Positions 1 to 9,400 of a stretch of 64,000 bases of DNA are shown here, piece by piece. A program made the position numbers and the translations under genes. The stretch comes from Candidatus Buchananbacteria bacterium (GTDB lineage Bacteria > Patescibacteriota > Patescibacteriia > 2-01-FULL-39-33). A model generated the notes under the pieces. The model made no database searches, was not told the DNA's origin, and saw only the letters and a list, made by a program, of their open reading frames with translations. The stretch spans positions 16,812-80,811 of the forward strand of contig JAUSEE010000007.1 in assembly GCA_030650095.1 (NCBI GenBank), given 5' to 3'. The stretch's first letter is position 1, and every line of letters starts with the position of its first letter.

Positions 1-917
1 ACTCTTTGTAGGTTTCCGTTTGAGGTAGGCCGCCGATGATTATTCTTTCATTGGCTAAAGTGGACGGGCAATATAAGTCAAAAGTTAAATTGGTAAAAGG
101 AGTTTGAAAGCCGACCCTGGTGGGCACATTAACATTGAAAATAAATTCCTGAACGGATTGCTTGACTGATTTATAATCCAGATTGTCGCGCCTGATAAAG
201 GGAGCGAGTAAAGTGTCAAAATTAGCAAAGGCCTGGGCGCCGGCCGCCTCGCCTTGGAGGGTATAGAAAAAATTAACTATTTGTCCCAAGATTACCCTCA
301 AATGCTTGGCTGGCTTGCTGTTGACCTTTCCAGGCACGCCGCCGAAGCCTAAGCGCAGTAATTGTTGCAGATCCCAACCGCAGCAATAAACGGCCAAAAG
401 CTGCAAATCATGAAGATGCAAAGTGCCATCAACATGAGCATCCCTTATTTCCGGCGGATAAATCTTATTAAGCCAGTAATGCGAGCTGATGGCTGAAGCC
501 ACGTGATTATTCAAGCCTTGGAGAGAATAGCTCATGTTGGCGTTTTCCTTCACCCGCCAATCCAATTGCTTCAAATAGCCGTCGATAATATCATTGGAAT
601 TGATCATTTTCTTCAAATCTCTTAAACGGGCATGCTGTTCGCGATAAATTATATAAGCCTTGGCGGCCTTAACCAAATCTTCTTTGATTAAAATCTCTTC
701 CACGATATCCTGAATCTCTTCAATGGCCGGCACAGAACGCTGATGGAATTTATTATTTAAAGCGTTGATTACTTTTTCGGATAATTCAAGAGATAATTCC
801 TGGTCATCCCTATTGACCGCCTTTAAAGACTTATAAATAGCTTGAGTTATCTTGGCTTGATCAAAATCAACTATGCTGCCGTCTCTTTTTTTAACTTGTC
901 TGATTTGGCTGTCCATA
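1..917 (-). CDS. nrdD: Anaerobic (class III) ribonucleoside-triphosphate reductase NrdD, N-terminal ~305 aa; the gene continues beyond the window start
   Basis: Absent from the ORF track because the frame runs off the window edge. A minus-strand ATG at 917..915 opens MDSQIRQVKKRDGSIVDFDQAKI (an ATP-cone), followed by AKAYIIYREQHARLRD and LHLHDL..YCCGWDL..FGGVPGK..FANFD. These align with the E. coli NrdD LHIHDL / NCC / FNTQHG..PK region. Confidence 0.75.
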
Positions 918-1116
918 CCGGCTTTTTATTGGCTTAATTGCAAATTAAAAAAGAAAAAATAGATCATAAATGTTTTGCGAAAAGAAGCAATCTGCAAACT
1001 CTAGATCTATTTCAAACTATTTTTTCCTTCCACCACTTATTATACCCTGGCTCAAAAGCAGTGTCAAAAAATGATTTTTACAGTCATTTTTACAAAATCC
1101 CGACTAGCTTTGTGGA

Positions 1117-1147
1117 TAAAAAACCGCCCCCGTTTTAAGGAGGCGGA
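1117..1147 (-). terminator. Rho-independent terminator downstream of ftsZ
   Basis: On the minus strand the sequence reads CCGCCTCC ttaaaac GGGGGCGG followed by TTTTTTATCC. A perfect DnaA-box-like nonamer TGTGGATAA (1111..1119) overlaps its T-run. Confidence 0.6.
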
Positions 1148-1267
1148 ATTATGATATGTCAATTTAAGAAACAATCATATTGGGCGCTAAATCCCTCGAC
1201 TTATTTTGCCTGCGGCAAAAATCGCTCGGGATGACATCTTTATGGATGCGCCTAGAAAGGCGCTTTA

Positions 1268-2452
1268 TTATTTCATTTTACGGCGGATAAAAGCTGGAAT
1301 TTCCAAATCATCTTCTTCGGCCACAACCCTTTTGGTAGGTTTCGGCTCTGGCATCATGGTCCTAGGAGTTTCTTCTCTGGGTTGTTCAACTGCTTTTTTA
1401 GCTTCCTCAATCTTATCATCAATATTTTTCTTAGAAAAAAGACGGTTGACGTGGTATTTGGGCTCTTCCAGTGACATAGAACGAACCTGGACCGGCCGGT
1501 TGTCATCAAAACCGGTAGCCACAACGGTAACCCGAACCTTATCTTTCATATTTTCATCAATCACTGTGCCAAAAATTATCTTAGCATTGGCGTCAACGCT
1601 TTCAGCTATGATATTGCCGACATCATTGACTTCATTCATGGTTAAATTGGAGCCGCCGGTTAAAATAAACATCACCCCTCGGGCGCCATCAATGGAAATA
1701 TCCAACAGCGGAGAAGAAATGGCTTTTTTGGCAGCGCTCACAGCTCGATTTTCACCGGTAGCTTCGCCTATACCCATCAAAGCTGAACCGGCATTATTCA
1801 TGATGGCCTTCACATCAGCAAAATCAACATTGATAATGCCAGGAATAGTAATGGCTTCGGAAATTCCTTGTATGCCTTGGCGCAAGACATCATCAACTGT
1901 TTTGAAAGCATCTAAAAGCGAGGTTTTTTTGTCGATGATTTGTAAGATTTTATCATTAGGAATAGTAATAATGGTATCAACCCTGGATTCCAACTCTTTA
2001 TAGCCTCTCTCGGCTATTTCTCGCCTCTGGGCGCCTTCAAAAGCAAAGGGCTTGGTAACAACCGCTACCACTAAAGCTCCAATCTCTTTGGCTATTTGAG
2101 CCACAACCGGCGAAGCGCCAGTGCCAGTGCCTCCGCCTAAGCCGCAAGTAATAAAAACCATATCAGCTCCCTTAAGGATATCTCTTAGTTCATTAATGCT
2201 TTCCTGGGCAGCCTGAAAACCAACATTGGGATCCATACCGGCTCCCAAACCTTTAGTGGTGGCTTCACCAATATGAAGTTTGAACTTGGCATCATTATGA
2301 TGCAAAGCCTGAACATCGGTATTGATGGCTATAAATTCAACTCCTTTTATTTTGGAAGCAATCATCCGATTGACAGCCGAGCCGCCCGATCCTCCAACTC
2401 CAACAACTTTGATTTTAGCAAATGGTTCTACTTCCAGTCTTACTTCTGGCAT
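1268..2452 (-). CDS. ftsZ: Cell division GTPase FtsZ
   Basis: Tubulin signature GGGTGTG, the N-terminal motif VVGVGGSGGSAVNRM and typical overall length. Confidence 0.95.
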   Translation of the reverse strand: MPEVRLEVEPFAKIKVVGVGGSGGSAVNRMIASKIKGVEFIAINTDVQALHHNDAKFKLHIGEATTKGLGAGMDPNVGFQAAQESINELRDILKGADMVFITCGLGGGTGTGASPVVAQIAKEIGALVVAVVTKPFAFEGAQRREIAERGYKELESRVDTIITIPNDKILQIIDKKTSLLDAFKTVDDVLRQGIQGISEAITIPGIINVDFADVKAIMNNAGSALMGIGEATGENRAVSAAKKAISSPLLDISIDGARGVMFILTGGSNLTMNEVNDVGNIIAESVDANAKIIFGTVIDENMKDKVRVTVVATGFDDNRPVQVRSMSLEEPKYHVNRLFSKKNIDDKIEEAKKAVEQPREETPRTMMPEPKPTKRVVAEEDDLEIPAFIRRKMK

Positions 2453-2670
2453 ATTATTTTAACTTATTATTTATAACTTATAGCTTATATCTCTCATACT
2501 ATGACTTCGCTATTAGCTATTTATTTATAAAAATTTTAAATTCAAAATTTCAAGTTCCAAATAAATTCCAAATATTAAATTTAAAATCCAAAAAATAATT
2601 ATTTTAATTTGATGTTTTGTAATTTATGATTTATTTGACATTTGTGATTTTGAATTTGTTATTTCTTGAT

Positions 2671-3921
2671 CTACGGCAGTATATTCTTAAACCACTTTTT
2701 CACACGGTTAGTAGCCTCTTCGATGCTGCCGCCGATTTGCGATGGTATTTTACCTCCTCGCCTGCCTCTGCCTTGAAGCTGGCTGCCCCACAAGACTAAA
2801 CCGATGGCTGTAGTAAATGACAAATCGCTAACTTTGCCAAGATTAGAAACTAATTCCTGGGGCTGTCCCAAAGAAGCCGGCAAACGCAAAATATTCTTAG
2901 CTACTTCTATAATGCCTTCCAACTTAGCGCCGCCGCCGGTTAAGACAACCCCGGCCGGCAACATGCCGGACTTGCCGATTTTTTTTAATTCCTTGTCCAC
3001 GCTTTCCATTATTTCTTCTATTCTGGCTTCCACTATTTCGGCCACTTCTTTTTGGCTGAATTCTCCATCTTCAATGGCGCCTAATTCCGAATATTTGATA
3101 AAATTATTCTTCTTAAACTTATCGGGAGCGCAACTGCCTTCCCTGATTTTAATTTTTTCGGCGCTGTCAATAGAAATTTTTAATCCCAGGGCTATATCGT
3201 TGGTGACATAATCGGAACCGATGGGCAAAACCGCCGTATGCAAAACATCGTTCTCTTCAAAAACAGCCATGCTGGAAGTAGCTCCGCCCAAATTAACCAC
3301 TACTACACCCAATTCTTTTTGGCGGTTGGTTAAAACGCTTTCAGAAGTGGCTAAGATGGAAAGAACCAGATCATCAATATCAAGGCCAGTCCGATAGATG
3401 CATTTGGTTAGATTTTTAATTTGTGAAATAAGCCCTTGGATAATCTGAGTTTCAACTTCCAGCCTGATGCCGTTCATGCCGATAGGATCTTTAATGCCGG
3501 TTTGAGAATCAACAGTAAAGCTTTTTGGTATGACATGAAGTATTTCATAGTTGGGCGGAGTGGCAATGGCCTTGGCCGCTTCAATGACTCTTTCTACATC
3601 TTCTTCTCTTATTTCACCGTCGGCTTTAGACACGGCCACCACACCTTTGCTTTCCTGATCAATTATGTGACTGCCGGATATCCCCACCCAAGCATGTTCT
3701 ATGGGCTGGCCGATCATTCTTTCAACTTTTTCTAAAGCTGAAGAAATAGAAGAAACAGCATCTTCAACACTGGTTACAACGCCTTTACTGATGCCTTGCG
3801 CCGGAACTTCCACTGCGCCGATTATTTTCAATTTTTCTTCACCTTTGGATTTCTGTCCCACCACCAAGCGAATGGCGGTAGAACCGATATCCAAACCGGT
3901 TATTAGATTGTCTCTAAGCAT
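2671..3921 (-). CDS. ftsA: Cell division protein FtsA (actin-like ATPase)
   Basis: Start MLRDNLITGLDIGSTAIRLVVG and an actin fold, in the conserved position upstream of ftsZ. Confidence 0.9.
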   Translation of the reverse strand: MLRDNLITGLDIGSTAIRLVVGQKSKGEEKLKIIGAVEVPAQGISKGVVTSVEDAVSSISSALEKVERMIGQPIEHAWVGISGSHIIDQESKGVVAVSKADGEIREEDVERVIEAAKAIATPPNYEILHVIPKSFTVDSQTGIKDPIGMNGIRLEVETQIIQGLISQIKNLTKCIYRTGLDIDDLVLSILATSESVLTNRQKELGVVVVNLGGATSSMAVFEENDVLHTAVLPIGSDYVTNDIALGLKISIDSAEKIKIREGSCAPDKFKKNNFIKYSELGAIEDGEFSQKEVAEIVEARIEEIMESVDKELKKIGKSGMLPAGVVLTGGGAKLEGIIEVAKNILRLPASLGQPQELVSNLGKVSDLSFTTAIGLVLWGSQLQGRGRRGGKIPSQIGGSIEEATNRVKKWFKNILP

Positions 3922-4087
3922 GGTTTTGCATTAAACTAGAAATTACTTTAGCCCTATTTTAATTTGGTCTATACCAGACTGATTTAAGGGGGTAAATTTC
4001 AAGCTATCTTTATTATAGTAAAAAAAACTGTTCACCTCAAATGTTAATAAGTGAACAATTGAATAAAAAATGTGTTCAGCCTTAATT

Positions 4088-4576
4088 TTAACAATTTATT
4101 TGATCTTCTTCGAACTTGAATACATCCCAAATTTTTAATCGCTCCAATATTTTTTTTTCAAATTTTAACATCTTGGCCGCTTCCCCTTGACCAACTTTTT
4201 CATGATCATAACCGGATAAATGAGCCAGGCCATGGATTAAGAGTCGGGCTATCTCATTTTTAAAACTGCATTTAATATCCTTGGCTTGTTTTTTGGCTTG
4301 GGGCACACAAATAACAATTTCTCCCAAATACTTTCTGTCTATGGGCACATTAACGAAATTTTTAAAATCCTCTTCAAAACTCAAAACATCAGTAACTTTA
4401 TCTTGGCCTCGATATTTTTTATTAAGGCGCTTAATGGTTTTACTGTCCACAAAAGCCAAAGAAAAATACCACCCGCCTTTTAGTTTATTTTCTTGGCCGA
4501 AAATATCCGCTACTTGCTTCAGCCATTTTAAAGAGAGGGTGGTTTCCGTTTGTTTGTTAATTTCAAATGATAACAT
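4088..4576 (-). CDS. ybeY: rRNA maturation endoribonuclease YbeY
   Basis: Motif HGLAHLSGYDHE (H-x3-H-x5-H zinc site) in a 162-aa protein. Confidence 0.85.
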   Translation of the reverse strand: MLSFEINKQTETTLSLKWLKQVADIFGQENKLKGGWYFSLAFVDSKTIKRLNKKYRGQDKVTDVLSFEEDFKNFVNVPIDRKYLGEIVICVPQAKKQAKDIKCSFKNEIARLLIHGLAHLSGYDHEKVGQGEAAKMLKFEKKILERLKIWDVFKFEEDQINC

Positions 4577-4579
4577 AAT

Positions 4580-5611
4580 TTAAGGTACGTCAGTATTGGT
4601 GTTAGTATCAATTGGTTCGGTTATCAACTTAAAATTCCTAATAATCATTTCAAAGACCGAGGGATAGCGGAATTCAGACATATTATCCAAATCATATTCA
4701 AAAGCATAAATCTTATCTCTTTTTTGATCGGTAATATAAATGCCCAGATTATTAGGCGAACGCACACCCTTGAAATTGCCGAATTCTATGTTGCCCAATT
4801 GGCCTAAGGTGATTTGGGGATGATTTAACAAATACCAATTAGCGGCTGAAATCTGATCATCATTGCTTATGACAGAAATTTTTATCATCTCCCCTGTGCC
4901 CGTAATTATCCTGGCCTCATGCAAAGCTTCAATCAAACTGACAGACCAACCCTTGATATAAAGCGTTTGAAAATTATTAGTTGGAAAATTAGTGCTTAAC
5001 TTACTGATGAAAGCCGCCTCCGCTAAAAGAAAGGGATTGCCGCTGCTGGGACTGACAATTGGATTATAACCTCCAATAAACTCATCGCTGTCCAAATAAC
5101 CGTCTAAATCGGAATCAGGCGAACTGGGCGAAGAACCGATTAAGGCTTCTTCTAAATCGGTTAGCTTGTCCTTATCGGCATCACCGCTCAACGCGGGCGG
5201 CACCAAATCATTAATGTTGCTATTAGTGTTTCCATTGGTATTAGTATTGGCATTAGTATTTATATTTTCATTCGTATTAAGATTGCCATTTTCATTGGTG
5301 TTGCTGTTTTCATTAACATTAATATTTCTATTTTCATTCTCATTGGTATTAATGTTTTGATTGGTAAAAGTTATATTTTGATTAGCCAATTGATTGGTTG
5401 AGTCCTGATTATTTTGCAGCGTATTGTACATAAAATAAGACACCGAAGAAACCACTATCAGTAGCAGAATAATCACCACTATGGCCAAGGCCTTATTGGA
5501 AGAACGCTGGGCTTTCTGGGGATGAAATTTTTCCGGCATAACATAAACATCCTCTTGGGAAGGGGCGGGTAAATTAGCAGGCATGATATTATCTTTTTTA
5601 GAGCCAAACAT
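4580..5611 (-). CDS. Membrane-anchored protein with an Asn/Thr-rich low-complexity tract, an Asp-rich (DSDLDGYLDSDE) segment and a C-terminal globular domain; function unknown
   Basis: One N-terminal TM helix (AIVVIILLLIVVSSVSYFMY) followed by NTNENxN repeats. The gene lies 3 nt downstream of the next gene in the cluster. Confidence 0.5.
   Translation of the reverse strand: MFGSKKDNIMPANLPAPSQEDVYVMPEKFHPQKAQRSSNKALAIVVIILLLIVVSSVSYFMYNTLQNNQDSTNQLANQNITFTNQNINTNENENRNINVNENSNTNENGNLNTNENINTNANTNTNGNTNSNINDLVPPALSGDADKDKLTDLEEALIGSSPSSPDSDLDGYLDSDEFIGGYNPIVSPSSGNPFLLAEAAFISKLSTNFPTNNFQTLYIKGWSVSLIEALHEARIITGTGEMIKISVISNDDQISAANWYLLNHPQITLGQLGNIEFGNFKGVRSPNNLGIYITDQKRDKIYAFEYDLDNMSEFRYPSVFEMIIRNFKLITEPIDTNTNTDVP
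5200..5400. repeat. Imperfect codon-level AAT/ACx microsatellite-like tract encoding Asn/Thr repeats
   Basis: Reiterated aat/aac/act/gaa triplets on the coding strand within the 343-aa protein gene. Confidence 0.6.
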
Positions 5612-5646
5612 AATACTTAATCTATTTATAAATATAAAATTTTAAA

Positions 5647-6396
5647 TTAGGGCACATTAAACAGCCTGGCGCCGCCGCCTTTAGCCGGATCAAAGCCGTT
5701 TACAACTTCGTCGCCATCATTATAACCATCGCCATCGGTATCTTTTTTAAGCGGATCAGTATTGTAAATCCTAACCTCTACCCGATCAATCAAGCCATCG
5801 CCATCGGTATCAAAATTATTAGGATTGGTGCCTAATTGTTTTTCTTCTTCATCACTTAGACCGTCATTATCACTGTCTGGGCCAAGAGAAACATTGGCAT
5901 TGGCATTGGCATTTGTTTCGGCGTTAATATTAGCATTTTCATTGGCATTGGCATTGCCATTTGTTTCGGTATTGGTATTAGCGTTAGCTTCGGTATTGGT
6001 ATTGACATTAGTATTTATATTGGCGTTTAAATTGGCATCGGGGCCTGATGTTTTGGAAGTAAAGAAACTGACAGCGGCGAAGACTACTCCGCCGATTATA
6101 GCTAGGCCGATTAAAGATAGAAGCACTACCAGAGCTTTATTTTGAAACATAGAACGGCCGCCAAAAACATCGGGACTAACTGCCATCTGAGAAGCTTGGC
6201 CTGGTTGCATTGGACGAGAAATCCGAGGCGATGAGGGCGTTTCGGTTTCAGAAAAAATATCCTCCACCTGGGGCGGTCTGGGAACTGCCGGAGCAGGTTT
6301 AATCCTGTCATCTGGCAAGTTCAGAGGCGGCGGTGATTGCTTTCTGGGTTCACTGGGCATGGGGCCTGATGGCGCCATAGGGTTTTGATCAAACAT
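5647..6396 (-). CDS. Single-pass membrane protein with a Pro-rich cytoplasmic N-terminus, an N/T/A-rich extracellular tract and C-terminal TSP3-like Asp-rich Ca-binding repeats; function unknown
   Basis: Pro-rich stretch PPPLNLPDDRIKPAPAVPRPP, TM helix LVVLLSLIGLAIIGGVVFAAV, NANANTNT repeats and the motif DTDGDGLID..DTDGDGYNDGDE. Confidence 0.5.
   Translation of the reverse strand: MFDQNPMAPSGPMPSEPRKQSPPPLNLPDDRIKPAPAVPRPPQVEDIFSETETPSSPRISRPMQPGQASQMAVSPDVFGGRSMFQNKALVVLLSLIGLAIIGGVVFAAVSFFTSKTSGPDANLNANINTNVNTNTEANANTNTETNGNANANENANINAETNANANANVSLGPDSDNDGLSDEEEKQLGTNPNNFDTDGDGLIDRVEVRIYNTDPLKKDTDGDGYNDGDEVVNGFDPAKGGGARLFNVP
5880..6060. repeat. Codon-level tandem repeat tract (GCN-AAT / ACN-AAT) encoding Ala/Asn/Thr repeats
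   Basis: Reiterated ggcattggcattggcatt-type units within the 249-aa protein gene. Confidence 0.6.
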
Positions 6397-6447
6397 AATT
6401 TTAAGATAAATATAAATTAATTACATTATACAATAATTTTGTTCAAT

Positions 6448-9400
6448 TTACATTCTAAATATCCTACCTAAAAAATTGAATAACAAATTACCAATAACAT
6501 TTATTAAATTGAATAACTTATTGGGGCCCGACGCTTCTTCTGCTATTCCAGCTACATTACCGCCGACTGCCTCTGTTTCCAAAGCTACATAACCAGGATA
6601 ATAGGGGCAATAGCCCAAATTAAGATTGGACATGGAGAAATCAAAACCGGCTCCAGAAACACTGACTCTTCTGTTGTTGCCATTATCTGTGCAAAAACCG
6701 GCTGGCAAATTAATCTCTTGGCCCGTTAAAGAGGCTGAACCGGAAACTGGAATATTAACAGAAAAATGAGTTGTGGCCGTATCTATAGCGACATCAAAAT
6801 TAACCTTTAAATTATCCATTATATTAGAAATAATGCTGTTATAAAGAGCTGTTAAATTGCCGGTATCACCAAAATAACAGAAGCCACTACCGCAACTGCC
6901 ATCACCATCATTGGATGATATTTTATTTAATTCTACCGGATCAGCATCGGCCCCATAAGATACTGAATATATAAGGGTCTTGGGAATACTCGGATCTAAC
7001 GGATAATTTTTGATATTAGATGCGAAATTTATACCATCTGGGCGACCATAAACATTACAATTATATCTATATCTTCCTCCACGAATAAGACATCCGCCAC
7101 CTCCATCACTAACATATGTCTTACGACAATTGGGATAATTATTTTCGTCGTCCCCACAATCAAGCATATTAGTAGCTTGACCATCACTCATTAGTACTAC
7201 ATATTTATTAAGAGCTAAATTATTAGGAGTGGTGGCTGAACTGATGATTTCTTGGGCCTTCACTAAAGCATCAGATGGATTGGTTCCGCTCCAACTATTA
7301 TAGCCACTATCAGCTTCATAAGCATTAACAATGCCTCTTAAGACATCAATTTGATCAACGCCACATAAAGTATCAGAACATTGTGAACTTGATACATCAT
7401 TTTGAGCTCTTAAAACAAAACTTACCAAGCCTATTTCTGCATCAGGAATTGCCTCAAAAATATCCTCTATAGTTGTAACCAAGCTCGATTTTAAAGGAGT
7501 AAGCTTATCTTCGCCTATAACCATACTAGCTGATAAATCATTAACAAAAACTATAATCGCTTTGGGAATAGTAGCATTGATAGTAAAATTGGCTTTAAGC
7601 TTATTAAATTCATTGCAGGCCGGCACGCCGCTAATTGTAGCCAAACTAGGCGAACCGGAAAAGGCGCTTAAAGTGAGAACGGAATTATCATAAGGCGGGC
7701 AAGCTTGCCAATTGCAACTGCTCTGGCACAGATGGCCATAAGTGCCAACACCGGGTTCACATTGCTCTTGAGCTGCCTGCACTGTTCCATCTCCACACCA
7801 GCCGCCCGAATCTTGACAGACATTATTGCAAGCCCACTGGTTGGTGGAGCTCTCACCTTCTCCCCAGCCGAATGATCCGTCACTAAGAGTAGGAGATCCA
7901 TCGGGTTTTGTACCTTCACATTGTTCATTGATTGCATTCCATTCGCCGTCATGGCAATAGGGGAAAATCACGGTTTGATCAACGCAGGCGCTGGTGCAAT
8001 AATGGCGGGTGACAGATGTTAGATTCCAAAAAGGCATGAAATAATTATTCAAATTAGCTCCGGGAGGGATGTTGTGGGTGGTATAAGTTAAACCGGTATT
8101 GCCACAATCAGATGGGCCCGACAAGGGGCCAACGGCATCACCGCAATCACAAGTTTCGGTGGCTTGTTTTAAACCATCACCGCAAAGTGGCACGATACAA
8201 GTGCTGGGAAGGCCGGAACAAGTCCAATTTGGCTCTATAGCGCAAACATTGGAACAGCCATCACCGGAAAAGCCATTGCCATCATCGCAAGTTTCAGATT
8301 GGCCACGGCCGTTCAAGCCTTGGATAACACTATCGCCGCAGAAAGTGGCGGCGCTACACTGCGCGTTGCAAGTTCCGGCATTGGTGTTATTACCATCATC
8401 ACAAGCCTCGCCGGCCTGCACTACACTATCACCGCAATCCGGCAAAACACAGGCATCGGGAGCCTGATCAGGGTTATAATCATTAGGACAATTATCGCAG
8501 GCGTTGCCTACGGTATCGCCATCATTATCAGCTTGGTTGCAAGCCGACTTTTCTAGCGGTCCCAAATTGCCATCGCCGTTTCTATCAAAACAAGTAGCTA
8601 GCGAAGCGCTGGAGCCATTTTTAATACTAGCGCAATTATCACAGGCGTTGCCAATATTATCGCTGTCCGTATCAGGCTGGGTAGGTGGAGTTCCTACTTT
8701 GGGGTTATAATCATTAGGACAATTGTCACTGGCATTTAAAATGCTATCGCCGTCGGAATCAATATCAACAGAATCCGGGGTGCAAGACCAAGTAGCGCCT
8801 GTTTGGCGGCAAGAATTACCGGAAGAACAAACGACATCAAACGGACAAGTGCTGCAATCCTCATTATCTTCTAGTGTACTAGGATTGTTATCTGGACCAT
8901 CTAGATCTTCTATTCCATCACCGCAAGTGCCGGAAAATGCTCGGCAAATACTGCTAACAGCTAAAGTAAAGGGATCACCGTCCATAAATCTAACTTGTGA
9001 CCAATCAGCCGGGCGCCAAGAACCACTAATAAATTCTTTGAAAGCGTAAACATTTTTAATGACACCGTTATTATTGGCAAAATAAGCATAAACTCTGGCG
9101 GCTGTCGGACATTGCATTGATTTGGCCACATCGTTCCAACAAGTTATGGAATCATAAGGAGACTCACAGCCATCAAAACCGGAACTGGTGTTTAAAGGAT
9201 CGACAGGCAAGGCTGAACCCAAAACATTGCCAAGCGTAGCCTGCCAAGACGGCCAGACACTAAAGCTGCGTCCGGAGATATAAGTGCCGGAGGGCAAGTC
9301 GGGATAAAAATTACCGCAAGTGCCGCCGCCATAACACTCCGCGCTGTTAACGCAAGTAATAAATTTGTCATTACTGCAACGCTTTTGATTATGATAATCA

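Noticed and set aside
938-1138. 66-aa plus-strand ORF in the nrdD-ftsZ spacer
   Set aside because: It lies in the intergenic regulatory region and overlaps the ftsZ terminator hairpin, with no motif.
1206-2003. 265-aa plus-strand ORF
   Set aside because: Antisense to ftsZ, which has unambiguous tubulin/FtsZ motifs. The antisense translation is low-complexity.
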